A stretch of 64,000 nucleotides of DNA from Candidatus Krumholzibacteriales bacterium (GCA_046483305.1 JAWODM010000066.1:37384-101383), one strand, 5' to 3'. Positions 1 to 10,642 are shown, counted from the stretch's first letter. Notes: a model not told the origin generated them from the sequence alone. Translations and numbers: made by a program.

Positions 1-1157
1 TGGTAACCTCCGCTGGCCGCCACATCCACCATCGAGACAACCACCGGCTTGACCCCGGTGGTAATTTCAATCTCATGCCCTATCAGATCGCTGGCCAGCG
101 CCTCGCCTCCGGGACTGTCCACTCTGAATACTATCGCCGCCACCCTGTCGTTTTCCCGGGCCTTCTTGATCTGGCTTATTACCGATTCATGCCCCATCAT
201 TAACCCCAGCATCGGATCCATCCTGCTCTTTCTGCCCCCGATAGTGCCCTGGGCATGAACTACCGCGATCTTCTTCTTTCCCTTCAGCCCCAGAGTTCTC
301 GGGCTGATCTTCGCATATCTGGACTGGCTTATGGTTTTGAGGCCCTCATCGCTATCCTCAAGCATATCCTCGATCTCATTCCAGTACATCACACTGTCGA
401 TAAGGCCCACCTGTTTCGCCTGTTCGACAGGAAAAGCGGCCATCTCCATGATGCCCTTCAGGCTCTCCTCATCAATCCCGCGGTCCTGCTGTACCGCCTC
501 GGTAAACATATCCCAGTACTCATCCAGCATCCATTCCTTGTTTTCCCGGGCCGGCTGAGACATATCCTCTCTCAATAGCATCTCCGCCGCCGATTTGTAA
601 TCCTTTATCCTGTGAATCTGGGGATTGATATCCAGTTTATCCAGCATATTCCTGATATGGGTGGTGGTAACGGAAAACCCGGTAAATCTGATATAACCTG
701 TCACCGGCATGAATATCTCATCGCAGGCGCTTATCAGGTAGTAGGAACCGCGGTTCATTGCATCCGAGTACCCGTAAACCTTCTTTCCGGCCTCCCGTAC
801 TCTGGCGATCGCTTTCCTTATCTCCTCCATCTTGGCCCTGCCGGCCCCGTTGCTGGCGGAGACTTTCATTATCACTCCCTTTATCCGGTCATCCACCTCA
901 GCTTTCCTGAGATTGGAGAGGATCCGCTGCAGAGTCTCCACATCCCCGCCTGTTATCTCCGTCATGATATTTACGGGAGGGCTGTATTCCAGCATATCGC
1001 CGTATATATCTACTACCAGGTAAGACCCTTCCTTTACTTCCACCTTGTCTCCGGCCAGTTTGCTGGAGGCGATCCCCAGAAAGATGAGGAACACCAGCCC
1101 CACAACGACCACTATAGCCAGAAAAGAAGCAAGAAAAGATTTAAAGAATGACTTCAT
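1..1157 (-). CDS. sppA: Signal peptide peptidase SppA (protease IV, long type); 3' end runs off the window
   Basis: Not in the ORF track; translated by hand. ATG at 1157 after GGAGG, N-terminal TM segment (MKSFFKSFLASFLAIVVVVGLVFLIFLGI), and S49 motifs FRVDSPGGEALASD and KPVVVSMVDVAASGGY at the window edge. Confidence 0.93.
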   Translation of the reverse strand, partial: MKSFFKSFLASFLAIVVVVGLVFLIFLGIASSKLAGDKVEVKEGSYLVVDIYGDMLEYSPPVNIMTEITGGDVETLQRILSNLRKAEVDDRIKGVIMKVSASNGAGRAKMEEIRKAIARVREAGKKVYGYSDAMNRGSYYLISACDEIFMPVTGYIRFTGFSVTTTHIRNMLDKLDINPQIHRIKDYKSAAEMLLREDMSQPARENKEWMLDEYWDMFTEAVQQDRGIDEESLKGIMEMAAFPVEQAKQVGLIDSVMYWNEIEDMLEDSDEGLKTISQSRYAKISPRTLGLKGKKKIAVVHAQGTIGGRKSRMDPMLGLMMGHESVISQIKKARENDRVAAIVFRVDSPGGEALASDLIGHEIEITTGVKPVVVSMVDVAASGGY

Positions 1158-1562
1158 CTTTATCCTCCAGTTCATCAGAAATCCTGTCTTCCAGTTACCT
1201 CGATTTTTCCGCTCTTTCTCTCCTTTCATACACCCCGGCCCTCATCATAAAACCTGGATCAATCTTCCGTCCAGAGTTAATCTCGCCCTTCGGGCCCCGG
1301 CCGGCGCATTTTTACCTGAAATCATATCTATAACCGCAGATATAATCAACAGCGTTATCCCTAAAATTCCCCGATAATGCCGCCGGCCTGCTATCCGGCG
1401 CGAGGGCTGCGGCCCGGGAAGCTGCTTTTCATTATTCTGATATTATTACGTACCCGCCTCGATTATGTTTCCCCGCCCGGTCTGGCGGACCACCCGGGGC
1501 GACACCTGTTCTTTACAGCCCGGTTCTATTATTGTAGATTATTGATACACGGAGTGATGGTA

Positions 1563-2000
1563 ATGATCAGAATTAACAGCAGACTCTCGATACCGAATAA
1601 TGAGATATCCTTCAGGTTCTCCGGCGCCAGCAAGCCGGGGGGCCAGCACGTCAACCGGTCAAATACCAGAGCTACCCTGCTGTTTGACATCGAATCATCC
1701 GGGTCGCTGTCTTCCGGCCAGAAGAAAAGGATTGAGATAAAACTCGGGGACCGGATCAATAAAGAAGGGATCATGCAGGTTTCTTCCCAGGAGTACAGGT
1801 CCCAGAGAAGAAACAGAATAGAAGCCATGAAGAAGTTTGCCGGGCTGCTCCGAAGGGCTCTGGAGCGTTCCCCCCGAAGGATACCCACCCGCAGGACCGG
1901 GAGCTCAGAAAAAAAGCGTCTGGAAAAGAAGAAACGGCGCGGCAGAAAGAAAAAGCTTCGAAAGAAAATAGATCCGGACACCGGAAGGGGCGGGCTGTAA
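1563..2000 (+). CDS. arfB: Alternative ribosome rescue peptidyl-tRNA hydrolase ArfB (YaeJ)
   Basis: PGGQHVN motif, RSQRRNR, and a very basic C-terminal tail (PTRRT...EKKRLEKKKRRGRKK). Start moved to ATG 1563 behind GGAG at 1551-1554. Confidence 0.92.
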   Translation: MIRINSRLSIPNNEISFRFSGASKPGGQHVNRSNTRATLLFDIESSGSLSSGQKKRIEIKLGDRINKEGIMQVSSQEYRSQRRNRIEAMKKFAGLLRRALERSPRRIPTRRTGSSEKKRLEKKKRRGRKKKLRKKIDPDTGRGGL

Positions 2001-2108
2001 GGAAAACAGCTCATAATATCCCTGAATAAAAATCCGCGCCGCCGTCCGTACAGCCGGGAATTATATTCACAATAACAGTTTTTAAATTACCACCTGTTCT
2101 AAAAACTC

Positions 2109-2117
2109 TGCTATAAT
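2109..2117 (+). promoter_or_regulatory. Extended -10 promoter element (TGcTATAAT) upstream of the lipoprotein gene
   Basis: TGCTATAAT about 80 nt upstream of the GTG start, which has an AAGGAGG RBS. Confidence 0.5.
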
Positions 2118-2197
2118 AAACAGCGTTCCATCAGGAAACAAACTTACATTCTCTGGTTCAATAATAAAGAGATCATCCTTTCGAAGGAGGAAGAGCA

Positions 2198-3535
2198 GTG
2201 AAAACAAAGAGATTATTTTACTGTTTTCTTGTTATAACTTTAGCCGTCAATATTTTCCCCGGATGTTCAGACGATTCGGCCGGGCCGGAAAAGGAGCATC
2301 CGCCCGGATCACCCCACTCACCTGTTCCCGCCGACGGAGCTGCCGCCCGGGACACCTTTATTACTCTCAGCTGGCAGTGTTCCGACCCGGACGGAGACGA
2401 CCTGGAATTCGAGGTATATATCCGGCCCGAAGGGGGGGCTGAAGAAAGCTTTCCGGTAGATGAAATGACCCTGGAGATGCAGGACCCGCTGGAACCGTAC
2501 ACCGACTATACCTGGAAAGTCACTGCCAGCGACGGCGGCAGGTCCACAACCGGGAGCGACTGGACATTTACCACCTGTGCAAGCATGGAGATGCCCCCGC
2601 AGGTTCCTGAAAATCCATCACCCCCCGATCTCAGCTCCGGTCAGCCGGTCAATATCAGCCTCTCGTGGGACTGCATTGACCCGAACCTGAACGATACAAT
2701 AACATACGATATTTATTTCGGACAGAACAACCCCCCGCCCCTGCTGTATTCGGATCTGCAGAACAGCGCCTGCAATCCCGGACAGCTGGAATACGCGACC
2801 ACGTATTACTGGTACGTCTCAGCGGAAGATGAAGCACAAAACAGAACAGACAGCCCGGTCTGGAGCTTCAGCACCGGGAGCGAATCGCAGGGCGAAGGCA
2901 TTTTCGCCCTGCTGGTAGCGGGCAGAAATATTTCATTCTTCGATCCAACCGTTTTCCGTATGGACGGCCTGTACGCGAGGTTCGACAGCTCCTACGCTCC
3001 CTGCTCCCCGGCCGACCCTCTCCATCCCGGAGCGGTAACCTGTAATGAATATACCCTGGAGTGGGATGATATCACCGGCATGTACAAATACGAACAACTT
3101 ACCTATCCTACGGAGTTCCTTACCCCCGGAGAAACCTGCGCCTTCGATATTACAGGAAGCTCCACTGTTCCGCCCCTTTCGAAATCTGTCGTATTTCCGC
3201 TCTGCGAACCTTATGTCACCAGCCCCGCATACGACTCCGGCGTCTCCAGGTCAGGATTTACAGCCACCTGGGAGGGATATTCCTGCGGAGGAGAGGTGCG
3301 GCTGGTTATTGTAGCCGCCAGCGGCGATACTACCGGGGTGGATGTAATGACCGAGAACGACGGGAGTTATACCTTTACCTCGCAGCAGTTGTCCTCGATC
3401 AGCGGGCCCCAGAGTAACTGCGCCCTGATAATGATACTGCAGAATTCGGATATGATAACAGCTCCCGGGTACGATCCCAGAAGCTATATCTGGGGGCGGG
3501 TCATAAATACCACTGTCATAAACTTTATTGATTAG
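2198..3535 (+). CDS. Lipoprotein with two fibronectin type III-like repeats and an unknown C-terminal domain
   Basis: Lipobox FPG-C; two repeats of the form LSW..DPD/N....Y.W.V.A.D....W.F.T. Confidence 0.75.
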   Translation: MKTKRLFYCFLVITLAVNIFPGCSDDSAGPEKEHPPGSPHSPVPADGAAARDTFITLSWQCSDPDGDDLEFEVYIRPEGGAEESFPVDEMTLEMQDPLEPYTDYTWKVTASDGGRSTTGSDWTFTTCASMEMPPQVPENPSPPDLSSGQPVNISLSWDCIDPNLNDTITYDIYFGQNNPPPLLYSDLQNSACNPGQLEYATTYYWYVSAEDEAQNRTDSPVWSFSTGSESQGEGIFALLVAGRNISFFDPTVFRMDGLYARFDSSYAPCSPADPLHPGAVTCNEYTLEWDDITGMYKYEQLTYPTEFLTPGETCAFDITGSSTVPPLSKSVVFPLCEPYVTSPAYDSGVSRSGFTATWEGYSCGGEVRLVIVAASGDTTGVDVMTENDGSYTFTSQQLSSISGPQSNCALIMILQNSDMITAPGYDPRSYIWGRVINTTVINFID

Positions 3536-3600
3536 CTGCCCTGGCTTAATTGACGCCGGATCATTATAAAGCGCCTGCCCGACTCCATTAAAACCGCCTG

Positions 3601-4878
3601 CTATCCGGTCTGCCTGCCCCTTACAAAGGCGGGAATCTCTTTTATGGTAGTACCCATTACCCTGAGCGCTTTCATCATATGCTTCATGCTCTGCCTGTTC
3701 AGCTCTGCCGGCTCGTCGCCGACATCATCCCACCCGGCCGCCTCCAGGTCATCAGCGGGTATCCGGAGGTCATCCCAGTTGTTGAACAGCCTGCCCCACT
3801 CGCTTCCCAGCACAGAGAGTACTCTCTTCTTGTGAACAGGGTACCAGAAGAAATCATGGTACAGGACGCTGGCGAGAAATGACCAGGGCGCCAGCACCGT
3901 CTTCAGGGACCATTCCAGCGGTTTCTTGAGCCAGCCCCAGTAGATTCTATGCTGCATCCGGCTGGCAAAGGTCATCTTCTTGAACGGTCCGACGAAATTC
4001 CAGTTCTTCTGAGCTTCTTCCAGGTCACCTACCATTTCAATTTCTTCGGGGCGGCCGGTCCCCAGCCCCGCCTCATGGGCGAGCCTGATATATTTAATAT
4101 CCTCCATCGGGTCAAACCCCATCAGTCTGGCGGCAACCGAATCTATGGCGACCTGGTCGCTGGAGGCCAGCAGCACATTCTTGATATGGGGCACCATGCA
4201 CCTGGGGCCGGGCCCGTCGCCGGCGAAGGTTCCGTCCATAACCGCGAAAAGCCCCGGATGGATCTTCTTCTGAATCATCAGCAGATCGACCAGGGTCTCA
4301 TGAATCACCGGGTGAGTCCAGTGCCGCTTTTCATTGAGAAGGCCCCCGAAGGCGTTTTTCATCGCTCCGGTGGTGGTGGTGAAAATATGCGTTTTTATAG
4401 TTGGCAGGTGAATAATATTCTCGCCCATGAACCGCCTGGGTATCATGAACCCCTCCGGGTACACCTCGTTCAGGCACAGAAACTCATCTGCCAGGTCCCC
4501 GACAGCATCTCTGATATCAATCCATTCTTCTCCTTCGTAGAGGTGAATATTCCGCAGCCCGTGGTGATCGGTAACATTGACCTGCTTATTTTCCCTCTCG
4601 CCCAGGTGGGCGTCTATCACAACCGTCCTGTTGTGGCAGGCATGTATCAGTCCGGGATCGTAACCGTCCCTCTTCATGGTCCTTATAACCCCTTCCAGCT
4701 GCCAGGGAGTAGTGGAACTTCCCGGATAAAAGAAGTGCCAGCTTATATTTATCTTAAGAGCTGTATCATTCTCCCCTGGAAGCGCCTGCTGATAGCCGGC
4801 CAGGTTCATCACCCGGTAATAATCGGCGAGAACTGTCTGAGGAGAAGTCTTGACTATAGCTACCTTTGAATTACCCAT
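3601..4878 (-). CDS. DUF362 family protein (putative Fe-S protein)
   Basis: LKINISW, LPTIKTH...TTGAMKNAFG, DGTFAGDGPGP and LASSDQVAIDSV motifs typical of DUF362. Confidence 0.8.
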   Translation of the reverse strand: MGNSKVAIVKTSPQTVLADYYRVMNLAGYQQALPGENDTALKINISWHFFYPGSSTTPWQLEGVIRTMKRDGYDPGLIHACHNRTVVIDAHLGERENKQVNVTDHHGLRNIHLYEGEEWIDIRDAVGDLADEFLCLNEVYPEGFMIPRRFMGENIIHLPTIKTHIFTTTTGAMKNAFGGLLNEKRHWTHPVIHETLVDLLMIQKKIHPGLFAVMDGTFAGDGPGPRCMVPHIKNVLLASSDQVAIDSVAARLMGFDPMEDIKYIRLAHEAGLGTGRPEEIEMVGDLEEAQKNWNFVGPFKKMTFASRMQHRIYWGWLKKPLEWSLKTVLAPWSFLASVLYHDFFWYPVHKKRVLSVLGSEWGRLFNNWDDLRIPADDLEAAGWDDVGDEPAELNRQSMKHMMKALRVMGTTIKEIPAFVRGRQTG

Positions 4879-5006
4879 ATCAATCCTCTGTTAAGCTCCG
4901 GCAGGAAACCTCCCCGGCCGGGAAATGCCTCTGAATATAAAAATTGTCAAAGATTCCTTCCATGTAAAGGAATTAAACTCACCACACCCCCCCGTCAGCC
5001 TCGCGG

Positions 5007-6374
5007 TCATTCTACGTAAATCGTCTTTATATTAACAAACTCCCTTATTCCGAAATACGAAAGCTCCCTGCCGTATCCGCTGTCCCTTATTCCTCCGAAG
5101 GGCAGCCGGGGATCAGACCTCACAAAAGCGTTAACGAAGCAGTTCCCGCTATCTATCTCCTCCAGAGCCAGCCTCTCCCCCCTTTCACGGTCTGAGGTAA
5201 AGACAGCCGCCCCCAGGCCGAACGAGGTATCATTGGCGATTCGGACCGCCTCCCGCTGATCCGCCGCCGCTATAATGGAAGCAACCGGCCCGAAGAGCTC
5301 ATCCCGGTAAGCGGGCATTCCCTCGCTGACACCGGTGAGCACTGTCGCCGGATAGTACGCTCCCTCTCCTCCCGGCACCCTGCCGCCCAGGACGCATCCG
5401 GCCCCCATGGCAATGCTGGATTCCACCCGGGCATGAAGCTCATCCCTGAGATCGGCCCTTGCCAGCGGGCCCATATCCACTCCCTCATCCAGAGGGTTGC
5501 CGATCTTTCTGCTTGCCATTTCGTCCACGAATATTTCCAGAAAATCATTCAGCACCGGCTCAACCACCACAAACCGTTTCGCCGCTATGCAGCTCTGCCC
5601 GGAATTTATCAGCCTGCTGGCGGCGCATACCGGGGCCGCCATCTCCAGGTCCGCATCCTCCAGGATGACATATGGGTCGCTTCCTCCCAGTTCCATTACC
5701 GTTTTCTTAAGGGCCTTTCCCGCCGCGGCGGCAACCGCTCTTCCCGCCGGCACGGAGCCGGTCAGGGTTACCGCTCTTACCAGGGGATCGGAGATCATAC
5801 CTTCTACTCTGCGGCTGCCCGCAAGAACGGTGGTGAAAAGTCCCCCGGGAAACCCGGCTTCCCTGAATATTTTCTCTATCTCCAGGGCGCAGCCGGGAAC
5901 GTTGGAGGCGTGTTTGAGTACGCACGCATTGCCGGCTATCAGAGCGGGAGCGGCAAACCTGAAAACCTGCCAGAAGGGAAAATTCCAGGGCATCACGGCC
6001 AGGATAACCCCCAGAGGCCTGAAGGCGACATAACTCCTTCTTCCTTCAGTATCCACCTGCTCTGAAGCAAGAAAGGATTCCCCTTTCTCCGCGTAGTAAT
6101 CACATACCAGGGCGCATTTTTCTGCTTCCGATACACCCTCTCTCAACACCTTTCCCATCTCCAGCGCCATCAGTTCTCCGTAACTCTCAGCCCTCTCGCG
6201 CAGTATGCCGGCGGCTTTTTTCAGGAGTCCGGCTCTTCGGCCGAACCCGGTCCTTTTCCATTCCTGAAAGGCGTTATCCGCTTTCCTGACAGCCCTGCCG
6301 CATTGATCGGCGGTTGCCTCGCTGTATTTCCTTATAGACTGCCCGGTTGCGGGATTAATCGATTCGATACTCAC
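5007..6374 (-). CDS. NAD(P)-dependent aldehyde dehydrogenase, succinate-semialdehyde dehydrogenase (Sad/GabD1-like)
   Basis: MPWNFPFWQ, LKHASNVP, TLTGS, ELGGSD, GQSCIA (catalytic Cys), ELFGP, PFGGIRDSGYGRE. Confidence 0.9.
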   Translation of the reverse strand: MSIESINPATGQSIRKYSEATADQCGRAVRKADNAFQEWKRTGFGRRAGLLKKAAGILRERAESYGELMALEMGKVLREGVSEAEKCALVCDYYAEKGESFLASEQVDTEGRRSYVAFRPLGVILAVMPWNFPFWQVFRFAAPALIAGNACVLKHASNVPGCALEIEKIFREAGFPGGLFTTVLAGSRRVEGMISDPLVRAVTLTGSVPAGRAVAAAAGKALKKTVMELGGSDPYVILEDADLEMAAPVCAASRLINSGQSCIAAKRFVVVEPVLNDFLEIFVDEMASRKIGNPLDEGVDMGPLARADLRDELHARVESSIAMGAGCVLGGRVPGGEGAYYPATVLTGVSEGMPAYRDELFGPVASIIAAADQREAVRIANDTSFGLGAAVFTSDRERGERLALEEIDSGNCFVNAFVRSDPRLPFGGIRDSGYGRELSYFGIREFVNIKTIYVE

Positions 6375-6453
6375 TCTGACACCTCCGGTATTTCCAAAAG
6401 TTCCGGAACCAATTATACCAGACAGCGGGGCTCAGCACAAACAACGGCTGCCA

Positions 6454-6645
6454 GGAGTTTCCCCAAAAAATAAGCCAGAATGTCGGTAAGGTAATCTTTA
6501 ACAACAACTTAGTTTTGATAGCAACTGGAATTGGCCTTAAGCATTGATAGAAGCGGCTGAGTGATTAATCTTATATTAATCACTCAGCCGCAGACCAAAC
6601 GAATAATTAAACTACCTGATAGATTATAAATATTGGGGAAACTCC
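6454..6645. mobile_element. MITE-like element with 13-bp terminal inverted repeats and an internal 17-bp hairpin
   Basis: GGAGTTTCCCCAA (6454-6466) and its exact reverse complement TTGGGGAAACTCC (6633-6645) bound an AT-rich non-coding stretch. Inside is the perfect inverted repeat GCGGCTGAGTGATTAAT (6553-6569 / 6575-6591). No clear target-site duplication. Confidence 0.5.
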
Positions 6646-6884
6646 AAAACAGAACAGTTATATTCTTGACTGGCAAATTATAATTACGATAATAAATCAA
6701 TGGATTCTGTCTGGCATTAATTACGTAAGGGGCAAATTGAGCGAACAGAAAATAATAATAAGCGGGAAGACTTTACCGAAGTAATATCCCCGGCCGGAAG
6801 AGAGATAGAATTCTTCGATCCCACCGCGGGGCTCAAGGAAGGTTACGAAATCTGGAAGAAAAAGAATAAAAAGAAAGATTCGAA

Positions 6885-9353
6885 ATGATAAATAAATATT
6901 TAATTATAGTAATTATCTCGGCAGTATTTCTGGCCCCCGCTGCGGCCCCAAGCAGGGATGCTCAGCAGCTGGAAAAGATAGGAACAGAATCCCTCTCCTT
7001 CGACAGAGCTGATTTCGGAAACACTGAACTCCCGCTCTGGTATAATCTCACTGGATTCGAAGTTCAAACTTTAAAGAGAGCTCAATCCGGTAATATAAAC
7101 AACCCCGATCTTCTTCTGGCTCTCGCTCTGATCGCCTCAGGTGATGCCCGGACTGATTCAGAGTTTGATAATTACCGTAATACTATTCAGGATTTTATCA
7201 ATAAAATCAGGCCGGGGATCAACGCCGCTTCTTCGGTGCGGGAAAAGGGCAGGATACTTCACAGCAGGATGCATAGTGAATTTCTCTCCACCGGTAATGA
7301 ATCGGACAGCCTGGGTAACTACGACCTGCGGCAGAGCAGTTTCACGGGAGTGCTTGATTCGGGAAAGTACAACTGCATAAGCTCATCGATTCTGTATATC
7401 ATACTTGCGCGTTATTTCAATCTTGATGTCGCGGGAGTCCGGCTTCCGACACATGTATTCGTTCATCTGGCCTCTCCTGACGGAGAAACTATCGAAATCG
7501 AAACTACCTCTCCGGCGGGATACGGCCTGACACACGACAGGGATTTTTATAAATCAGCCGCCGGGGAGTGGGCCGGAAGCCGGGGCCTCTCTAAACCTAC
7601 CTTCGGCGAATACCAGAACAGAATAATTGATCAGCCCTGCAACCTGATTCTTTACAATATGATCAACCAGCACACCGCGGAACTGCAGCCGGAGGACCGG
7701 CTGAGGCTGGTGGAGATCAGGGGATATCTTGATTCCGAAAACCGGGAAGCGGTGCTGGACAGAATTAAGCTCTATCTGATGGAGTATAATTATCTCTCGG
7801 ACGATAATGACTGCGGCAACGTCATCAGAATGCATGACGCGGTAAAGGCCGGCCTTTCAGGAACCGCCGCCGGATATCCAAATGACGCGGAAATAATCAA
7901 TACACTTTCTTTCCTTGAAACCAATATCGCCTACTGCATGGCTGAAACCGGAGATATCGAAAGGTCCCTGACGCTAATAGACAGAGTGCTCGACAGGGTA
8001 CATCCGGAGTCGACATATGGGCCGGAGAGCTTTTCCAACGCCGCAACCGTTATCAATAATAATATCATATACCTTCTGGACAGCGGTAAGCGGGAGAAAG
8101 CCGGAAAAGTGCTGAAAAAATACAGCGGTTTGTTTGAAAGAGATAACCTGGACAGGAAAAGTGTGATCAGGTTCCGCGAAAACATGGCTAAATGGTCTTT
8201 TGCGGCAGGCAGGTGGTCTGAAGCAATTGAACATCTGAACAGGTGCCTCGGCCTTGCGGAGGCCATTGATAAAAATGCGGAAGATATCAGGAATAACCTT
8301 CTGTTCGCCTATTTCAACTGGGGAGTCAGCGGCCTGAAGGACAAAGACTGGCAGGGGGCAATCAATAGATTCGAGAAGGCCCTGGAGTTCTCCGCCGAAG
8401 GCGAGGGGCGGGAGAAAACCCTGAAGAACCTGTCCGTAGCATACTTCAACCATGGTTCCGGGGGCGGCTTCGAAAAGGGTGAAGAGTTTATCAGAAAATA
8501 CGGGAAGGAATGTTCTCAATTCGACTGGTATGTTAATAACGCTATTTCATTTTATTCCAACTGGGCAAGCTCGCTGGCAAAGGAAGGAAAATGGCGGGAA
8601 GGTATAGAGAAACTGGAAGCCGCCATTGATCTTGCCGGCGATAACAGAGAAGAAAGATCGACCGGCATATCGAAAAAAATCTCAACCCTGTACCTGGATT
8701 GGGGTAATCACTACCTGGGCCGGAAGGAATATGAACAGGCAGCAGTAAATTTTCAAAAATCACTGGAGCTTGCAGGCACTGAAAATCAGAGAGCGGCCGC
8801 AGTAAAGAACCTCAGCCTGGCAAGGTTCAGCGAGGCGATTGAAAAGGAAGATTACCAGGCCGGCGAGCAGTTCATAAATCAATACGGGCCCGGTTTCAGG
8901 CAGTACGAAGGGTACAGGAAAAACGCAGGCTGGTTCTACAGCAGCTGGGCCAACCGCCTGCTGAAAGAGAAGAAACTGGCCGGGGGAATTGAAAAGCTTA
9001 AGAAGAGAATAAAATACATTGAAGAGAGCAATACCGCCGAAATAAACAAAACCAGAGGATATATCCGGGATACCTATATTAACTGGAGCTTTGACTACCT
9101 TGAGAAGGGTGAATGGCAAAACTCCCTGGGAAAACTCTCCGAAGCGATGGACCGGGCTGATTCGGAAGATGAAAAGAACGATGTGGCCAAATATATTTTC
9201 AACTGCTGCCACAAATGGGCGCTCTCACTCCTGGACCGGGGAGAAATCGAAAAAGCTCTCGATATCTACAGAAAATGCAGGGAAGAGTATCCGGCCTGCG
9301 AAGATAAATGCCTGATAGAAGAAAAGAGAGTGAAAAGAACTCTTGAACAGTAA
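6885..9353 (+). CDS. Secreted protein with a transglutaminase-like (SirB1/Transglut_core2-like) domain and many TPR repeats
   Basis: Signal peptide; GKYNCISSSILYIILAR...PTHVFV...IEIETT (Cys/His/acidic pattern); repeated TPR-like helices (YFNWG...AINRFEKAL). Confidence 0.7.
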   Translation: MINKYLIIVIISAVFLAPAAAPSRDAQQLEKIGTESLSFDRADFGNTELPLWYNLTGFEVQTLKRAQSGNINNPDLLLALALIASGDARTDSEFDNYRNTIQDFINKIRPGINAASSVREKGRILHSRMHSEFLSTGNESDSLGNYDLRQSSFTGVLDSGKYNCISSSILYIILARYFNLDVAGVRLPTHVFVHLASPDGETIEIETTSPAGYGLTHDRDFYKSAAGEWAGSRGLSKPTFGEYQNRIIDQPCNLILYNMINQHTAELQPEDRLRLVEIRGYLDSENREAVLDRIKLYLMEYNYLSDDNDCGNVIRMHDAVKAGLSGTAAGYPNDAEIINTLSFLETNIAYCMAETGDIERSLTLIDRVLDRVHPESTYGPESFSNAATVINNNIIYLLDSGKREKAGKVLKKYSGLFERDNLDRKSVIRFRENMAKWSFAAGRWSEAIEHLNRCLGLAEAIDKNAEDIRNNLLFAYFNWGVSGLKDKDWQGAINRFEKALEFSAEGEGREKTLKNLSVAYFNHGSGGGFEKGEEFIRKYGKECSQFDWYVNNAISFYSNWASSLAKEGKWREGIEKLEAAIDLAGDNREERSTGISKKISTLYLDWGNHYLGRKEYEQAAVNFQKSLELAGTENQRAAAVKNLSLARFSEAIEKEDYQAGEQFINQYGPGFRQYEGYRKNAGWFYSSWANRLLKEKKLAGGIEKLKKRIKYIEESNTAEINKTRGYIRDTYINWSFDYLEKGEWQNSLGKLSEAMDRADSEDEKNDVAKYIFNCCHKWALSLLDRGEIEKALDIYRKCREEYPACEDKCLIEEKRVKRTLEQ

Positions 9354-9362
9354 GATCCTGAC

Positions 9363-10061
9363 TTAATTATTAATACTCCCCGATTTCTCCTTTTTCATGA
9401 CTTCCGGACTGCCGCTCGGGCTTGATTTCTTAAAATCTATTGTATCATCTCCGGGGGCGAGAACCCTGCAGACATTATCAGCATTTTTATTGCTATTTTC
9501 AATCTCTTCCAGGGCATTAGCAGAACTATATATGGTAATCCCGTATTCTTCGCAGGCGATAATATTACTGAATCTTCGGTAAATATCAGTATACCCCGGC
9601 GCTGTTAACAGCACATCCCAGCACCCGGGAGCGAGTTTCCAGGCCACCTGGCTTCCGGCAGGTATATAGTCGCTTGGGCTGCCCCAGTCAGGTTCATAAC
9701 AGGCTGCGAGATAAAAATCCAGCGCCTGGTATGTATTATTGGTTACAACGAACTGCCCGGCTTCGCAGTATAGAGAAAGGATGGTGGTTTCATCGTCCCT
9801 GATCCTCACCATATGGCTGAAATAGAAAACATAATCCCCCTCGCCGGTTACCAGGACCCTGGTTTCATCCGGGCCGAAGACGGCCTTATCCCCTATCTCT
9901 ATCTCCCTTATAATCATATCTCCAGGATAGAGATTGTACCCCCGGCTATCTATCCTCACGAAAACATTACCATCGGTCCTGTTGTCCACACCTACTTCGC
10001 CCTTCTGGGTGCAGCCGGCGGAAATCAGAATAATCAATAAAAAAGCAAGTTTCCTGAACAT
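9363..10061 (-). CDS. Hypothetical lipoprotein
   Basis: Likely start MFRKLAFLLIILISAG-C (lipobox) after GGAG; beta-rich body. Confidence 0.65.
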   Translation of the reverse strand: MFRKLAFLLIILISAGCTQKGEVGVDNRTDGNVFVRIDSRGYNLYPGDMIIREIEIGDKAVFGPDETRVLVTGEGDYVFYFSHMVRIRDDETTILSLYCEAGQFVVTNNTYQALDFYLAACYEPDWGSPSDYIPAGSQVAWKLAPGCWDVLLTAPGYTDIYRRFSNIIACEEYGITIYSSANALEEIENSNKNADNVCRVLAPGDDTIDFKKSSPSGSPEVMKKEKSGSINN

Positions 10062-10107
10062 GCCATTCTCCCTTTTGTATCTATTACGTTTGTATAGAAT
10101 CAATGTT

Positions 10108-10642
10108 TCATATTTTACCATGCGCTAACGGGAATATGATATGAAAAAGGAAGTCAAATATTATGTGCGAGGCTTCAACTGTCTCAGCCATGGCCGCCGG
10201 ATCACCCAGTATCGCCTCTCTTATGATATAGTTTTCCTCCGGGATCGCTTCGTTGGGAACCAGGGGCAGGCTGTCCACATATCCAGGGGCTGACCATTCC
10301 GGTGTGGACCAGTTCAGAGCGACCGTAACCTGGCCGGCCCCGGCGCCCCCAGGCACGATATCGAATTCGATATGAATAATCCTTGCCCGCTCGGGGTCGA
10401 ACGGATTGTTAAGGATTATCTCCGGCCGGTGAAAATAGAAAATCAAGCAGGCTCTCCGGAAGGTTATAAACCTCTGGAGAGCCTGCCCTGTTAAATTCCC
10501 CTCCGTACTGAAAGTGAATCCCGATCCCCTCTACTACCATCGGAGATTCATAAGCGAGATCCGGACTATTACCGTCAACCCATCCCTCTCTAAAACCCCG
10601 ATTACTCGGGTAACGTGTTCCTTGCTTTATTATATACTGCAT
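10108..10642 (-). pseudogene. Possible frameshifted or decayed gene (two overlapping short ORFs)
   Basis: ORFs 10409-10642 and 10108-10446 overlap in different frames, both have protein-like composition, and neither has a convincing start or RBS. Confidence 0.3.

Noticed and set aside
49..1377. Plus-strand ORFs at the window start
   Set aside because: Antisense shadows of sppA, which the ORF track missed because it runs off the edge.
1377..1562. Long N-terminal extension of ArfB in the ORF track
   Set aside because: No similarity to ArfB; the RBS points to ATG 1563.
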